Source: an uncultured Desulfospira sp.
Lineage (GTDB): Bacteria; Desulfobacterota; Desulfobacteria; Desulfobacterales; Desulfobacteraceae
Direction: 5' to 3'
Length of the DNA stretch: 64,000 nucleotides
NCBI GenBank assembly: GCA_963663165.1
Contig: OY760175.1
Coordinates: forward strand, 6,656,001 to 6,720,000
Part shown: positions 47,024-55,941 of the stretch, piece by piece
Layout of the letters: every line of letters begins with the position of its first letter
How positions within the stretch are numbered: position 1 is the stretch's first letter
The notes under the pieces: model-generated
Database searches by the model: none
Seen by the model: the letters and a program-made list of their open reading frames with translations, nothing else
What the model was told of the DNA's origin: nothing
Made by a program: the position numbers and the translations under genes

Positions 47024-50000
47024 ATGAGTGAATTATCTTCCAATTTCTACCATCTTCATGTTCATACGGAATTTTCCCTGCTGGACGGGGCCATCCGGAT
47101 AGATTCTCTGATTAAACGGTGTCTTGAATACGGCATGGATGCCGTGTCCATGACTGACCACGGCACCATGTTCGGGGTGGCCGCATTCTACGAAAAGGCG
47201 CGTAAAGCCGGGATTAAGCCGGTCCTGGGCTGTGAGGTCTATGTGGCGCCCAGGACCCTGAACGACCGGACCCAGCTGGACCATAAGGGGTTAAACCACC
47301 TGGTGCTGCTGGCAAAGGACAGGGAAGGGTACGCCAACCTGTGCAAGCTGGTCTCCATTGCCCAGCTCAAGGGGTTCTATTATAAACCCCGGATCGACCG
47401 GGCGCTTTTATCTGAACATGCCGGGGGGCTCATCGGCCTGTCCGCCTGTCTCAAAGGGGATATCCCCCAGGCCATTATTGAAGGCAATATGGAAAAGGCC
47501 GATAAAGCGGCCGAGTACTACCTGAAAACCCTGGGGGAAGGTAATTTTTTTCTGGAAATCCAGGAAAACGGCATGGAGATCCAGCACCGGGTCAACGAGG
47601 GAATTTATGACATGAGCCGGCGGCTGTCCATTCCCATGGTGGCCACCAATGACTGCCATTATCTGTCAAGGGAGGACAGCACGGCCCATGAGGTCCTGCT
47701 GTGCATCCAGACGGGCAACACCCTGACCGACCAGAACCGGTTCAAGTTTGATTCCGATCAGCTTTACTTTAAATCCCAGCAGGAGATGGTGGACAGTTTA
47801 GGCCGGTACCCCGGGGCCATTGAAAACACTTGTGACGTTATTTCCCGGTGCAATGTGGAATTTGACGACAAGTCCTACCACTTTCCCCGGTATGCCCAGA
47901 CCGATGATATTTCAGAAGATGAGCTGTTCAAAGAAAAGGCCATGGCCGGGTTTGAAAAGAAACTTTCCCTGCTCAAGAAACAGAACCCGGACCTTAACGA
48001 AAAAGAATACCGGGACCGGATTGATTATGAAATCGGCATTATCCTGGACATGGGCTTTCCAGGCTACTTTCTTATTGTGGCCGACTTTATCGAACAGTCC
48101 CGGAAGATCGGCGTTCCCGTAGGGCCGGGCAGGGGGTCTGCAGCCGGTTCCATGGTGGCCTATGCCATGGACATTACCGCCCTTGACCCCATTGAGCACG
48201 GCCTGATTTTTGAGCGGTTTCTCAACCCGTCAAGGATATCCATGCCGGATATTGACGTGGATTTCTGCATTGAAGGCCGGGACCGGGTTTACAAGTATGT
48301 GATTGACCGGTACGGCGGGCCTGAAAACGTCTGCCAGATCATCACCTTTGGAAAGCTTAAGGCCAAGGCCGTTATCCGGGACGTGGGCCGGGCCTTAGGG
48401 GTGCTGCTCTCCGAAGTGGATGAAATTGCCAAGATGATTCCGGACAATGCCAAGAACCTGACCAAGGCCATTGAAGAGGTGCCGGCCATCCGGGAAAAAT
48501 GCCAAGAGTCCGAGCAAAAGACCCAGATGCTCGAGATTGCCCTGCTCCTTGAAGGGCTGCCCCGGCACGCCTCCACCCATGCGGCCGGCGTGGTGGTGGC
48601 GGACAAACCCTTAAACGAATACCTGCCGTTGTTCCGTGGAAAAGAGGGCGAGACCATCACCCAGTTTGACATGAATTATGTCGAACAGCTCGGCCTGGTC
48701 AAGTTTGACTTTTTAGGCTTGCGGAACCTGACGGTGATTAAAAACTGTATTGAACTGATTGAACAGCAGGGGAAAACGCCGCCGGATCTTCTGGAACTTA
48801 ACTATAAAGATCAAAAAACCTTTGACCTGTTGCAGAATTCCGATACCACCGGGGTGTTCCAGCTTGAAAGTTCCGGCATGAAGGACCTGATCTCACGGCT
48901 CAAGCCCGCTTCCTTTTCAGACATTGTGGCCCTGGTGGCCCTTTACCGGCCAGGCCCGTTAGACTCGGGCATGGCCGATTCATACGTGGAAAGAAAGCAT
49001 GGCCGAGAAGAGGTGACCTATCTTTTCGGGGAGCTGGAACCGGTCCTCAAGGAAACCTACGGGGTAATCCTGTACCAGGAACAGGTCATGAAAATCGCCG
49101 GTGTCCTGGCCAGCTACTCCATGGCCGATGCCGACGGCTTACGAAAGGCCATGGGAAAGAAAAAGCTGGATCTCATGGAAAAGCACCGCAAGCTGTTCAT
49201 GGAAGGGGCCAAAAAGAACGGCCATGATCCGGCAAAGGCTGAAGAACTGTTCAACCTCATGGAAAAATTCGGCGGGTACGGGTTTAACAAGTCCCATTCG
49301 GCGGCCTATGCCCTGATCGCCTTTCAGACCGCTTATCTGAAGGCCAATTTTACCCTGGAGTTTATTGCCGCCCTCATGACCAGTGAGCGGGGCAATTCCG
49401 ATGCGGTCCTCAAATACATGGATGAGTGCCGGAATCATGACATCAAGGTCCTGCCCCCGGACGTCAACAAAAGCGATGCCCATTTTACCGTGTCCAATGA
49501 GTGCATAAGGTTCGGCCTGGCCGCCATCAAGGGGGTCGGGGATGCGGCCATTGAGTCCATTATTGAGGCAAGGCAGGCAGAGGGGCCCTTTGAAAGTTTG
49601 TACGAATTCAGTGAGCGGGTCAACGGGTCCAAGGTCAATAAGAAAGTTTTAGAAGCCCTGATCAAATGCGGGGCCTTTGACTCCACCGGCGCCAAACGAA
49701 GCCAGATGATGGCAGTGCTTGAGGATGTGGTGGAACACGGCAGCCGGATACAGAAGGAAAAGGCCGACTGCCAGCTGGACCTGTTTGCCGATTCCGGCAT
49801 GGGAACGTCCCTGCCGGTCAGTATTCCCAAATTGCCGGACATGGAGGAGTGGGAGGATACCCACCTGCTGGAACTGGAAAAAGAGGCGTTGGGCTTTTAC
49901 ATCACCGGCCATCCCATGGACAAGTACCGGGATATCATTGAAAAGTTTGCCAGTGTCAACACCCTGTCGGTCCAGGAAAAGGCCGATAAAACCATGATCC

Positions 50001-50548
50001 GCATCGGCGGTTCCATTAAAGTGACCAAGCTTCACAAGACCAAAAAAGGGGACATGATGGCCTTTTGCGTCATTGAAGATCCTTACGCCTCTCTGGAAGT
50101 GGTGGTGTTCCCCAAGGTCTATGCCATGGTTCACCCCATCCTGTCCCAGGAACAGATCATTATCCTGGAAGCCGAAGTTCAGAAAAAAGAAAATCTGGTC
50201 AAGCTGCTGGCTGAAAAGATCGTGCCCGTGGAAAACGCGGCCAGGGAGTGGACCTCAGGGGTGATGATCCATGTGGATGCCCAAAAGGTGGATGCAAAGC
50301 TGATTGAATCTTTAAAACCCATCGTTACCCGGCATCCCGGGGACTGTCCCGCCTTCATGAAAATCAAGACCTCTCCCGAGGGCCCGGAAATCCTGGTCAA
50401 GCTTTCCGACCAGTACATGACCAGCTCCGCCCCCGGCTTTTTCAAGGAAGTGGAGGATCTGCTGGGCAAGGGCGCCATTGAAACCCAGTGCGCTCCGGTC
50501 AAAAATAAGGTTAGGGAGAAGAAGCCCTGGCAGAAAAGAAGTAACTAA
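47024..50548 (+). CDS. dnaE: DNA polymerase III alpha subunit
   Basis: PHP HLHVHTEFSLLDG, GPGRGSAAGS, MPDIDVDF and YGFNKSHS. Start moved to ATG 47024. Confidence 0.97.
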   Translation: MSELSSNFYHLHVHTEFSLLDGAIRIDSLIKRCLEYGMDAVSMTDHGTMFGVAAFYEKARKAGIKPVLGCEVYVAPRTLNDRTQLDHKGLNHLVLLAKDREGYANLCKLVSIAQLKGFYYKPRIDRALLSEHAGGLIGLSACLKGDIPQAIIEGNMEKADKAAEYYLKTLGEGNFFLEIQENGMEIQHRVNEGIYDMSRRLSIPMVATNDCHYLSREDSTAHEVLLCIQTGNTLTDQNRFKFDSDQLYFKSQQEMVDSLGRYPGAIENTCDVISRCNVEFDDKSYHFPRYAQTDDISEDELFKEKAMAGFEKKLSLLKKQNPDLNEKEYRDRIDYEIGIILDMGFPGYFLIVADFIEQSRKIGVPVGPGRGSAAGSMVAYAMDITALDPIEHGLIFERFLNPSRISMPDIDVDFCIEGRDRVYKYVIDRYGGPENVCQIITFGKLKAKAVIRDVGRALGVLLSEVDEIAKMIPDNAKNLTKAIEEVPAIREKCQESEQKTQMLEIALLLEGLPRHASTHAAGVVVADKPLNEYLPLFRGKEGETITQFDMNYVEQLGLVKFDFLGLRNLTVIKNCIELIEQQGKTPPDLLELNYKDQKTFDLLQNSDTTGVFQLESSGMKDLISRLKPASFSDIVALVALYRPGPLDSGMADSYVERKHGREEVTYLFGELEPVLKETYGVILYQEQVMKIAGVLASYSMADADGLRKAMGKKKLDLMEKHRKLFMEGAKKNGHDPAKAEELFNLMEKFGGYGFNKSHSAAYALIAFQTAYLKANFTLEFIAALMTSERGNSDAVLKYMDECRNHDIKVLPPDVNKSDAHFTVSNECIRFGLAAIKGVGDAAIESIIEARQAEGPFESLYEFSERVNGSKVNKKVLEALIKCGAFDSTGAKRSQMMAVLEDVVEHGSRIQKEKADCQLDLFADSGMGTSLPVSIPKLPDMEEWEDTHLLELEKEALGFYITGHPMDKYRDIIEKFASVNTLSVQEKADKTMIRIGGSIKVTKLHKTKKGDMMAFCVIEDPYASLEVVVFPKVYAMVHPILSQEQIIILEAEVQKKENLVKLLAEKIVPVENAAREWTSGVMIHVDAQKVDAKLIESLKPIVTRHPGDCPAFMKIKTSPEGPEILVKLSDQYMTSSAPGFFKEVEDLLGKGAIETQCAPVKNKVREKKPWQKRSN

Positions 50549-50805
50549 TCAAAGTCGTCTAGATTAAGGTTATCCAGATCCGACAAATCCATCCCCTTGA
50601 TCAGCTCCTCATCATCGGGGATCATATCATCACTGATAATGGGTGTTTTAGGCCGTTTGGCCCTTGATTGGGCTCCGGTTTGAACTTCGGGTTCTTCCGG
50701 TGAAAAACGCTTCATCAGGGCAATGCCGGCCTGATATACCATAAACCCGAGTCCGGCTGTATTAAGCCCGATAAGAAGGACTCCCACGATATTTTTTGCC
50801 GCCAT
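50545..50805 (-). CDS. Small membrane-anchored hypothetical protein
   Basis: N-terminal TM helix and acidic tail. Confidence 0.65.
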   Translation of the reverse strand: MAAKNIVGVLLIGLNTAGLGFMVYQAGIALMKRFSPEEPEVQTGAQSRAKRPKTPIISDDMIPDDEELIKGMDLSDLDNLNLDDFD

Positions 50806-50956
50806 TGACCTGTCCTAGAAAATTATGGGGTTTTTGACTTTTTGGTAATAAAGATTCTCTGATGCTTTTGTTTGACCTGACTTTCATTAGTGATTATATA
50901 TTACAAAATCATATATAAATACAAGAAATTCATCTTAAAAGAATAAAAGGATTGAT

Positions 50957-51727
50957 ATGAGCTGGCTTGGGAAAATGATCGGAGGGACCATCGGATTTGC
51001 TTTGGGAGGCCCGTTAGGCGCTGTGGCGGGCGCGGCTTTCGGCCACACCTTTGTTGACAAAAGAGAGGATGAATACCTTCGTTCCATTCCCGGGGGCAGC
51101 CAGCGGGCCTCACTGTCTTCCAATGAAGAGGCCCAGCTGGTATTTTTTACGGCAGCATTTTCCATGCTGGCCAAGTTGTGCAAGGTTGACGGCCGGGTAA
51201 CGGAAAATGAAATCAAGGCTGTGGAAGCGTTCATGAAAAACGATCTTCAGCTGGATGCCAGCAGCCAGGAAACCGCCAAGAATATTTTCCGCCAGGCGGT
51301 CAACTCCCCGGAGCCCTTTGACGCCTTTGCCAGGCAGTTTTATTCGGTGTTCCGGTCCCAGCCCCACATTACCAACCTGATGCTGGACATGCTGTTCCGG
51401 GTGTCCACGGCAGACGGGCGCATCTCTGAAAACGAAGAATCCCTGATCCGGACGGCCTTTCGGATCTTCAACTATTCCGATGCTGATTTTGCCAGGTTCC
51501 AGGCCAGGTACGTGAAAAAATCAGACCCTTATTATGCGGTCCTCAAGCTTGATGAAACCGCCTCTGATGAAGAGGTAAAAAAACAGTACCGGCAGCTGGT
51601 CCGGGAATACCATCCCGATAAAATAGAGGCCAAAGGGCTTCCCGAAGAGTTTGTCAAATTTGCCAATGACAAATTCAGGGAGGTTCAGGAAGCCTACGAG
51701 CACATCCGAAAACAGCGGGGTTTTTAA
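50957..51727 (+). CDS. djlA: DjlA-like co-chaperone (TerB + DnaJ domains)
   Basis: MSWLGKMIGG TM, KVDGRVTENE and J-domain YHPDK. Confidence 0.88.
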   Translation: MSWLGKMIGGTIGFALGGPLGAVAGAAFGHTFVDKREDEYLRSIPGGSQRASLSSNEEAQLVFFTAAFSMLAKLCKVDGRVTENEIKAVEAFMKNDLQLDASSQETAKNIFRQAVNSPEPFDAFARQFYSVFRSQPHITNLMLDMLFRVSTADGRISENEESLIRTAFRIFNYSDADFARFQARYVKKSDPYYAVLKLDETASDEEVKKQYRQLVREYHPDKIEAKGLPEEFVKFANDKFREVQEAYEHIRKQRGF

Positions 51728-52779
51728 AAAAGCCCCTTTTCCTTTGCAATGGCCATGTAGGTTTCAACGATGTTTTGGGGCGGTTCCCACCGCTCCGTGT
51801 CTTTCTTTTCGCCAAGAGACAAGGCGTCAAATTCACAGACCGTGACGCACAGCCCGCAGCCGATGCACCGGTCCGTGTTGACCGTGGCGGTATCGTCAAT
51901 GTCAATGGCGTCCATGGGGCAGATGTCCTCACAGGCGGCACAGGCGGTGCATTCATCTTCATTGACCCGGGCCTGGTAATTGGAGTTTACGATTTTGGCC
52001 GGGGCCTCGGTTTTTTTGATGTTGCTTAAGACCTGGCAGCAGCAGTCGCAGCAAAGGCAGATGTTGATGGGACTGACCGTGTTGGACGGCTGGGGAACAA
52101 GGCCTTGTTTGACGCCTTGTCGGACAATATCGATGGCCTCATCCTGGGTGATGGTCCGGCCGATGCCCCGGGCTTCATAGATATAGGCCCCGCCCCCGAA
52201 GACCAGGCAGGCCTCTTTCATTTTGCCGCACCCTTTGCCCACCATGTCATGCTCCCTTCTGCAGATGCAGGGGGCCACCAGAATCTTGGACTGGGACCGG
52301 ATCAGGTTTTCCACATGCTCGTGGTCCATGACGTTAAGTTCGGTGTGTATGGATTTTTCAACGGGTACCACCCGAAGCTGCTGGGTCTTGGTGGCGGTCA
52401 TTTCCTTCATCAGATAGGGGACATATTCGTTGAAATCTTTGATCAGCTCCTTGGTCAGCCGGTTGACCTGGTATTCCCAGATGCCCACCACAAACTGAAG
52501 CAGCATGTAGGATTTATTTCCCCCTTTGCTGATTTCAACAATCAGCCCTTTTTTTGCCATTTCCGCCAGCATGGGCTCAACGGTTTCAAGATCTTTTCCG
52601 GCCCGGTCTGCAATGGATTTGGCCGGTTCCGGCATCATGAACAAAGACAGGTCAAGCGCTGCCTCTTCAGGCGTGAACAATTGCTTGAGAATCCGTAATT
52701 CAACCCCGGATTCGGTGGCCGGGAATCCCCCGGGGGTTTTGTCCAGGTGAAGGGCCAGCTTTTTGTATACATCCGTCAT
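51724..52779 (-). CDS. 4Fe-4S dicluster ferredoxin-domain protein
   Basis: CICR, ICLCCDCCC and CTACAACEDICP...CIGCGLCVTVC. Confidence 0.85.
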   Translation of the reverse strand: MTDVYKKLALHLDKTPGGFPATESGVELRILKQLFTPEEAALDLSLFMMPEPAKSIADRAGKDLETVEPMLAEMAKKGLIVEISKGGNKSYMLLQFVVGIWEYQVNRLTKELIKDFNEYVPYLMKEMTATKTQQLRVVPVEKSIHTELNVMDHEHVENLIRSQSKILVAPCICRREHDMVGKGCGKMKEACLVFGGGAYIYEARGIGRTITQDEAIDIVRQGVKQGLVPQPSNTVSPINICLCCDCCCQVLSNIKKTEAPAKIVNSNYQARVNEDECTACAACEDICPMDAIDIDDTATVNTDRCIGCGLCVTVCEFDALSLGEKKDTERWEPPQNIVETYMAIAKEKGLF

Positions 52780-52803
52780 AAAATGAATCCTCCGTTTTTT
52801 TTA

Positions 52804-52897
52804 AGCGGTTAGCAGTTAGCCTTTAGCTGTCAGCCTTGTTGTATCAAGCCAAACGCAGGCAGCTAAAAGCTAATGGCTAAAAGCTAATGGCTTTTAG
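52804..52897. repeat. Inverted heptamer repeat array
   Basis: agcggtt agcagtt agccttt agctgtc...agctaaa agctaat ggctaaa agctaat. Confidence 0.7.
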
Positions 52898-54221
52898 GTG
52901 TTCCATACAGGTTTAAATCAGTGTCGTACCGGTTCAGGACCACATCAATGATTTGTCCTTTCACCGGGGGACCGCTTTTGCCCGGCTCAAGATGGATGGT
53001 CAGGTAATTGGATGTGACGGCTTTAAGGGCACCTGTTTTGCGGTCTTTTCTGTGCTGGACCAGGCCCTTTAAGGTCCGGCCCATATTTTTTTGGATAAAT
53101 GCCTTGCGTTTTTGCTGGCCAAGTTCCCTCATGGCCAGGCAGCGCTCTTTGATGACGTCATTTTTGACCTTGTCCGGGTAGTGAAAGGCCGGGGTCCCTT
53201 TCCGGGGGGAGAAGGGAAACACATGAAGATAGGAAACCGGCAGGCCCTCAATTAAATTGTAGGTGTTTTTAAACTGTTCATGGGTTTCCGACGGGAACCC
53301 GATCAGGGTATCCACCCCGATGCCGGCATAGGGCAGTTTGGCATGAATCCGCTCAATTTCATTGGCAAAAAACGTCCGGGTATAGGGCCGGGTCATTTTT
53401 TTCAGGATACCATCGTCACCGGACTGAAGGGGAATATGGAAATGATCGCAAAGAATGGCGCTCTCTCCTGAAAGATCAATGAGGGCCGGGTCAAGTTCTC
53501 TGGGTTCTATGGAACTTAGCCTGATCCGGTCCACGGGTTTTAACCGGTTTATTTCCATGATTAGATCGGTCAGGCTGGTTTGAGGGGTCAGGTCCCGCCC
53601 GTACAACCCGGTATGGATCCCGGTGAGGATCACCTCTTTGAACCCGGAATCGGAAAGCTTTGTCAAGTGGGAAAAGACCTGTTCCGGCTTCATGCTCACC
53701 GAGGCCCCCCGGGCATGGGGGACAATACAATAGGTGCAAAAGGCATTGCACCCGTCCTGGATTTTGAGATAGGCCCGGGTCATGCTCCCCTTTACCGCAT
53801 CCTCAAAGGCGTGGAAACAATTGGACGGGGTGTGGTCCACGGCAAAGAATTCAAATATATCTTTGTGTTGTGATTTGGTCGCAAGCAGGTCTTGGGCCAG
53901 TTCCGGGATTCTGGTTTTTTCCCTGTGGCAGACCAGGTGATGAACCCCGTCAATCTCACGGATCTGGTCCGGGGCGGTCTGGACATGGCAGCCGGTGACC
54001 ACCATTACGGCATGGGGGTGTTTGCGGATCAAATGGCGGACCGCCTGCCGGGACTGCATCCCGGCCTTGGATGTAACGGTGCAGGTGTTGACGATGCAAA
54101 GATCGCAGGGCTCCTGCCGTCCGGCCTGAGACCAGCCGGCCTTGACCAGGCAGGCGGCAATCCCGTCGGATTCATACTGGTTGACCTTGCAGCCAAGGGT
54201 TTTGATGGTAAAGGTTTTCAT
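52884..54221 (-). CDS. mtaB: tRNA t6A37 methylthiotransferase MtaB
   Basis: TLGCKVNQYES, VNTCTVT, KIQDGCNAFCTYC, LSSIEP and LHVFPFSPRKGT. Confidence 0.92.
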   Translation of the reverse strand: MKTFTIKTLGCKVNQYESDGIAACLVKAGWSQAGRQEPCDLCIVNTCTVTSKAGMQSRQAVRHLIRKHPHAVMVVTGCHVQTAPDQIREIDGVHHLVCHREKTRIPELAQDLLATKSQHKDIFEFFAVDHTPSNCFHAFEDAVKGSMTRAYLKIQDGCNAFCTYCIVPHARGASVSMKPEQVFSHLTKLSDSGFKEVILTGIHTGLYGRDLTPQTSLTDLIMEINRLKPVDRIRLSSIEPRELDPALIDLSGESAILCDHFHIPLQSGDDGILKKMTRPYTRTFFANEIERIHAKLPYAGIGVDTLIGFPSETHEQFKNTYNLIEGLPVSYLHVFPFSPRKGTPAFHYPDKVKNDVIKERCLAMRELGQQKRKAFIQKNMGRTLKGLVQHRKDRKTGALKAVTSNYLTIHLEPGKSGPPVKGQIIDVVLNRYDTDLNLYGTPKSH

Positions 54222-55285
54222 TTTATAATCCCGCTTCCCAGCACCCGGTTCCCTTTGTAGAATACCGCAGCCTGGCCCGGGGTGATGGCCCCCTGGGGGG
54301 TGTCAAACACCACGTGGCCTGAAAAAATCCCATCCGTTTTTTCATGAACCGTCAGGACGGAAGGGGCTTCTTTGTGGCCGTACCGGATACGGGTCATCAG
54401 ATTCATGCCCGATAAGGGCGGGGGGCTTTCAGGGTCATTCCAGATCACCTGCTCAACCGGCATTCCCTGCTGGTATAAATCCGGTTTAAAACAGACATGG
54501 AGGGTATTGGTCTCCGGGGTAATTTGTTTAACATAATAGGCCTTTGGGGCAGGGCAGTTGATCCCTTTTCTCTGGCCCACGGTAAAGGAAAAAAGGCCCT
54601 GGTGCCGGCCGACTGTCTTGCCGTCCATGTCCTGGATATCCCCGGCCCTGGGCGAGATGCCGGTTTGTTTGAGAATAAATTGGGAAAAGTTATCCTGGTT
54701 GATAAAGCAGATATCCTGGCTTTCCCTGGCATGAACCGGTGTCAGGCCCTTGGCCTCAACCATCTGCCGGACCTGCTCCTTGGTATATTCCGCCAAAGGG
54801 AAGATAATCCGGTTCAAGGTCCGGGGGGAAAGCCTTGACAGAAAATAGGACTGGTCCTTGAGGTGGTCTGCCGCCTTTTCAAGCCATGGCACCGGGATGT
54901 TTCTCTTCGGAAAAGAAATCGGATTGACCACCCGGGCATAATGGCCGGTGGCCAGATAATCAGCCCCGAGCTTGGCGGCATGGGATAACAGGCTGCCGAA
55001 TTTGATGGTATGGTTGCAGATCAGGCAGGGATTCGGGGTCTGCCCTTTCAGGTAGGTGGATATGAAATAATCAACCACGGATCGTTGGAATTCTTCTGTT
55101 AAGTCAACGGTAAAAATTTTAAACCCCAGCTGCTTTTCTATAGAAGGGATGTCGGTTTTTTCCGGTTCATACCCGGTTAAAAAGTGGATGCCGAATACCT
55201 TTTGAGTCTGTTGCCTGATCAGGAGCCCTGCAGCTAAAGAGTCAATTCCGCCGCTGATGGCCACGGCGATGACACGGGAATCCAT
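54218..55285 (-). CDS. mnmA: tRNA 2-thiouridylase MnmA
   Basis: SGGIDS, TPNPCLICN, ATGHYA, KDQSYFL, ESQDICF and TPGQAAVFY. Start at ATG 55285. Confidence 0.93.
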   Translation of the reverse strand: MDSRVIAVAISGGIDSLAAGLLIRQQTQKVFGIHFLTGYEPEKTDIPSIEKQLGFKIFTVDLTEEFQRSVVDYFISTYLKGQTPNPCLICNHTIKFGSLLSHAAKLGADYLATGHYARVVNPISFPKRNIPVPWLEKAADHLKDQSYFLSRLSPRTLNRIIFPLAEYTKEQVRQMVEAKGLTPVHARESQDICFINQDNFSQFILKQTGISPRAGDIQDMDGKTVGRHQGLFSFTVGQRKGINCPAPKAYYVKQITPETNTLHVCFKPDLYQQGMPVEQVIWNDPESPPPLSGMNLMTRIRYGHKEAPSVLTVHEKTDGIFSGHVVFDTPQGAITPGQAAVFYKGNRVLGSGIIK

Positions 55286-55286
55286 C

Positions 55287-55718
55287 TCACGAAACAGTGT
55301 CGGCGGTTTTGCTGAAAAGGCCCATGGCCCGGGACGGGCAGGTGAGAATACACAACTCGCACACCGTACACTTATCCTGGTCAAAGATCACTTCCATCTC
55401 CGGCCGCTTGATGTAAAGGGCTTCGGTAGGACAGACTGCGGTACAGGCGCCGCAATGGGTGCAGATGGTCTCGTCTTTATAAATTTGCTGTTCAGGGTGG
55501 GAAACGGTGACCCCCTGGCTTTTTAAAAACTGGATGCCTTTTTTGAAATCCGCCTTGGATGTGGAGGAAATTTCCAGAACCATAAAGCCTTCCCGTTTAT
55601 TGGAAATATCCGCCCTCAGGATGTTAACCATCAGATCGTAGGTCTTGCAAAGTTCATATACCAGGGGGTTTCTGGCAACCTCGGCCGGGAAATTCAATAT
55701 GGTGATTTTGGAATACAA
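55287..55718 (-). CDS. NIL domain plus 2x[4Fe-4S] ferredoxin protein
   Basis: NIL motif (VNILRA), CTHCGACTAVCP and CTVCELCILTCP. Confidence 0.88.
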   Translation of the reverse strand: MYSKITILNFPAEVARNPLVYELCKTYDLMVNILRADISNKREGFMVLEISSTSKADFKKGIQFLKSQGVTVSHPEQQIYKDETICTHCGACTAVCPTEALYIKRPEMEVIFDQDKCTVCELCILTCPSRAMGLFSKTADTVS

Positions 55719-55790
55719 CGTCTTTTCTCCGTATGTTACCTCAAAAGTTTGAGTTTACCCTTTGACAAAAAAAAATCAATAAACGTACAA

Positions 55791-55885
55791 TAACGGTCAC
55801 GGACCGTCTTTGGTTATCCAACCCGAGGATCGGTCCATAACAAAAAATAAAAGTTTTTACAGGCTGGTGGTGAAACTTTTATATA
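55791..55885 (-). repeat. Diverged family A two-hairpin repeat
   Basis: Reverse complement tatataaaagtttc...aaactttt...ggaccgatcctcgggttggataaccaaagacggtccgtgaccgtta. Confidence 0.75.
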
Positions 55886-55941
55886 GAATGTTTATATAAT
55901 AAACGGCTTGAATCCACAATGCTCTTTTAAGGGGCACGATC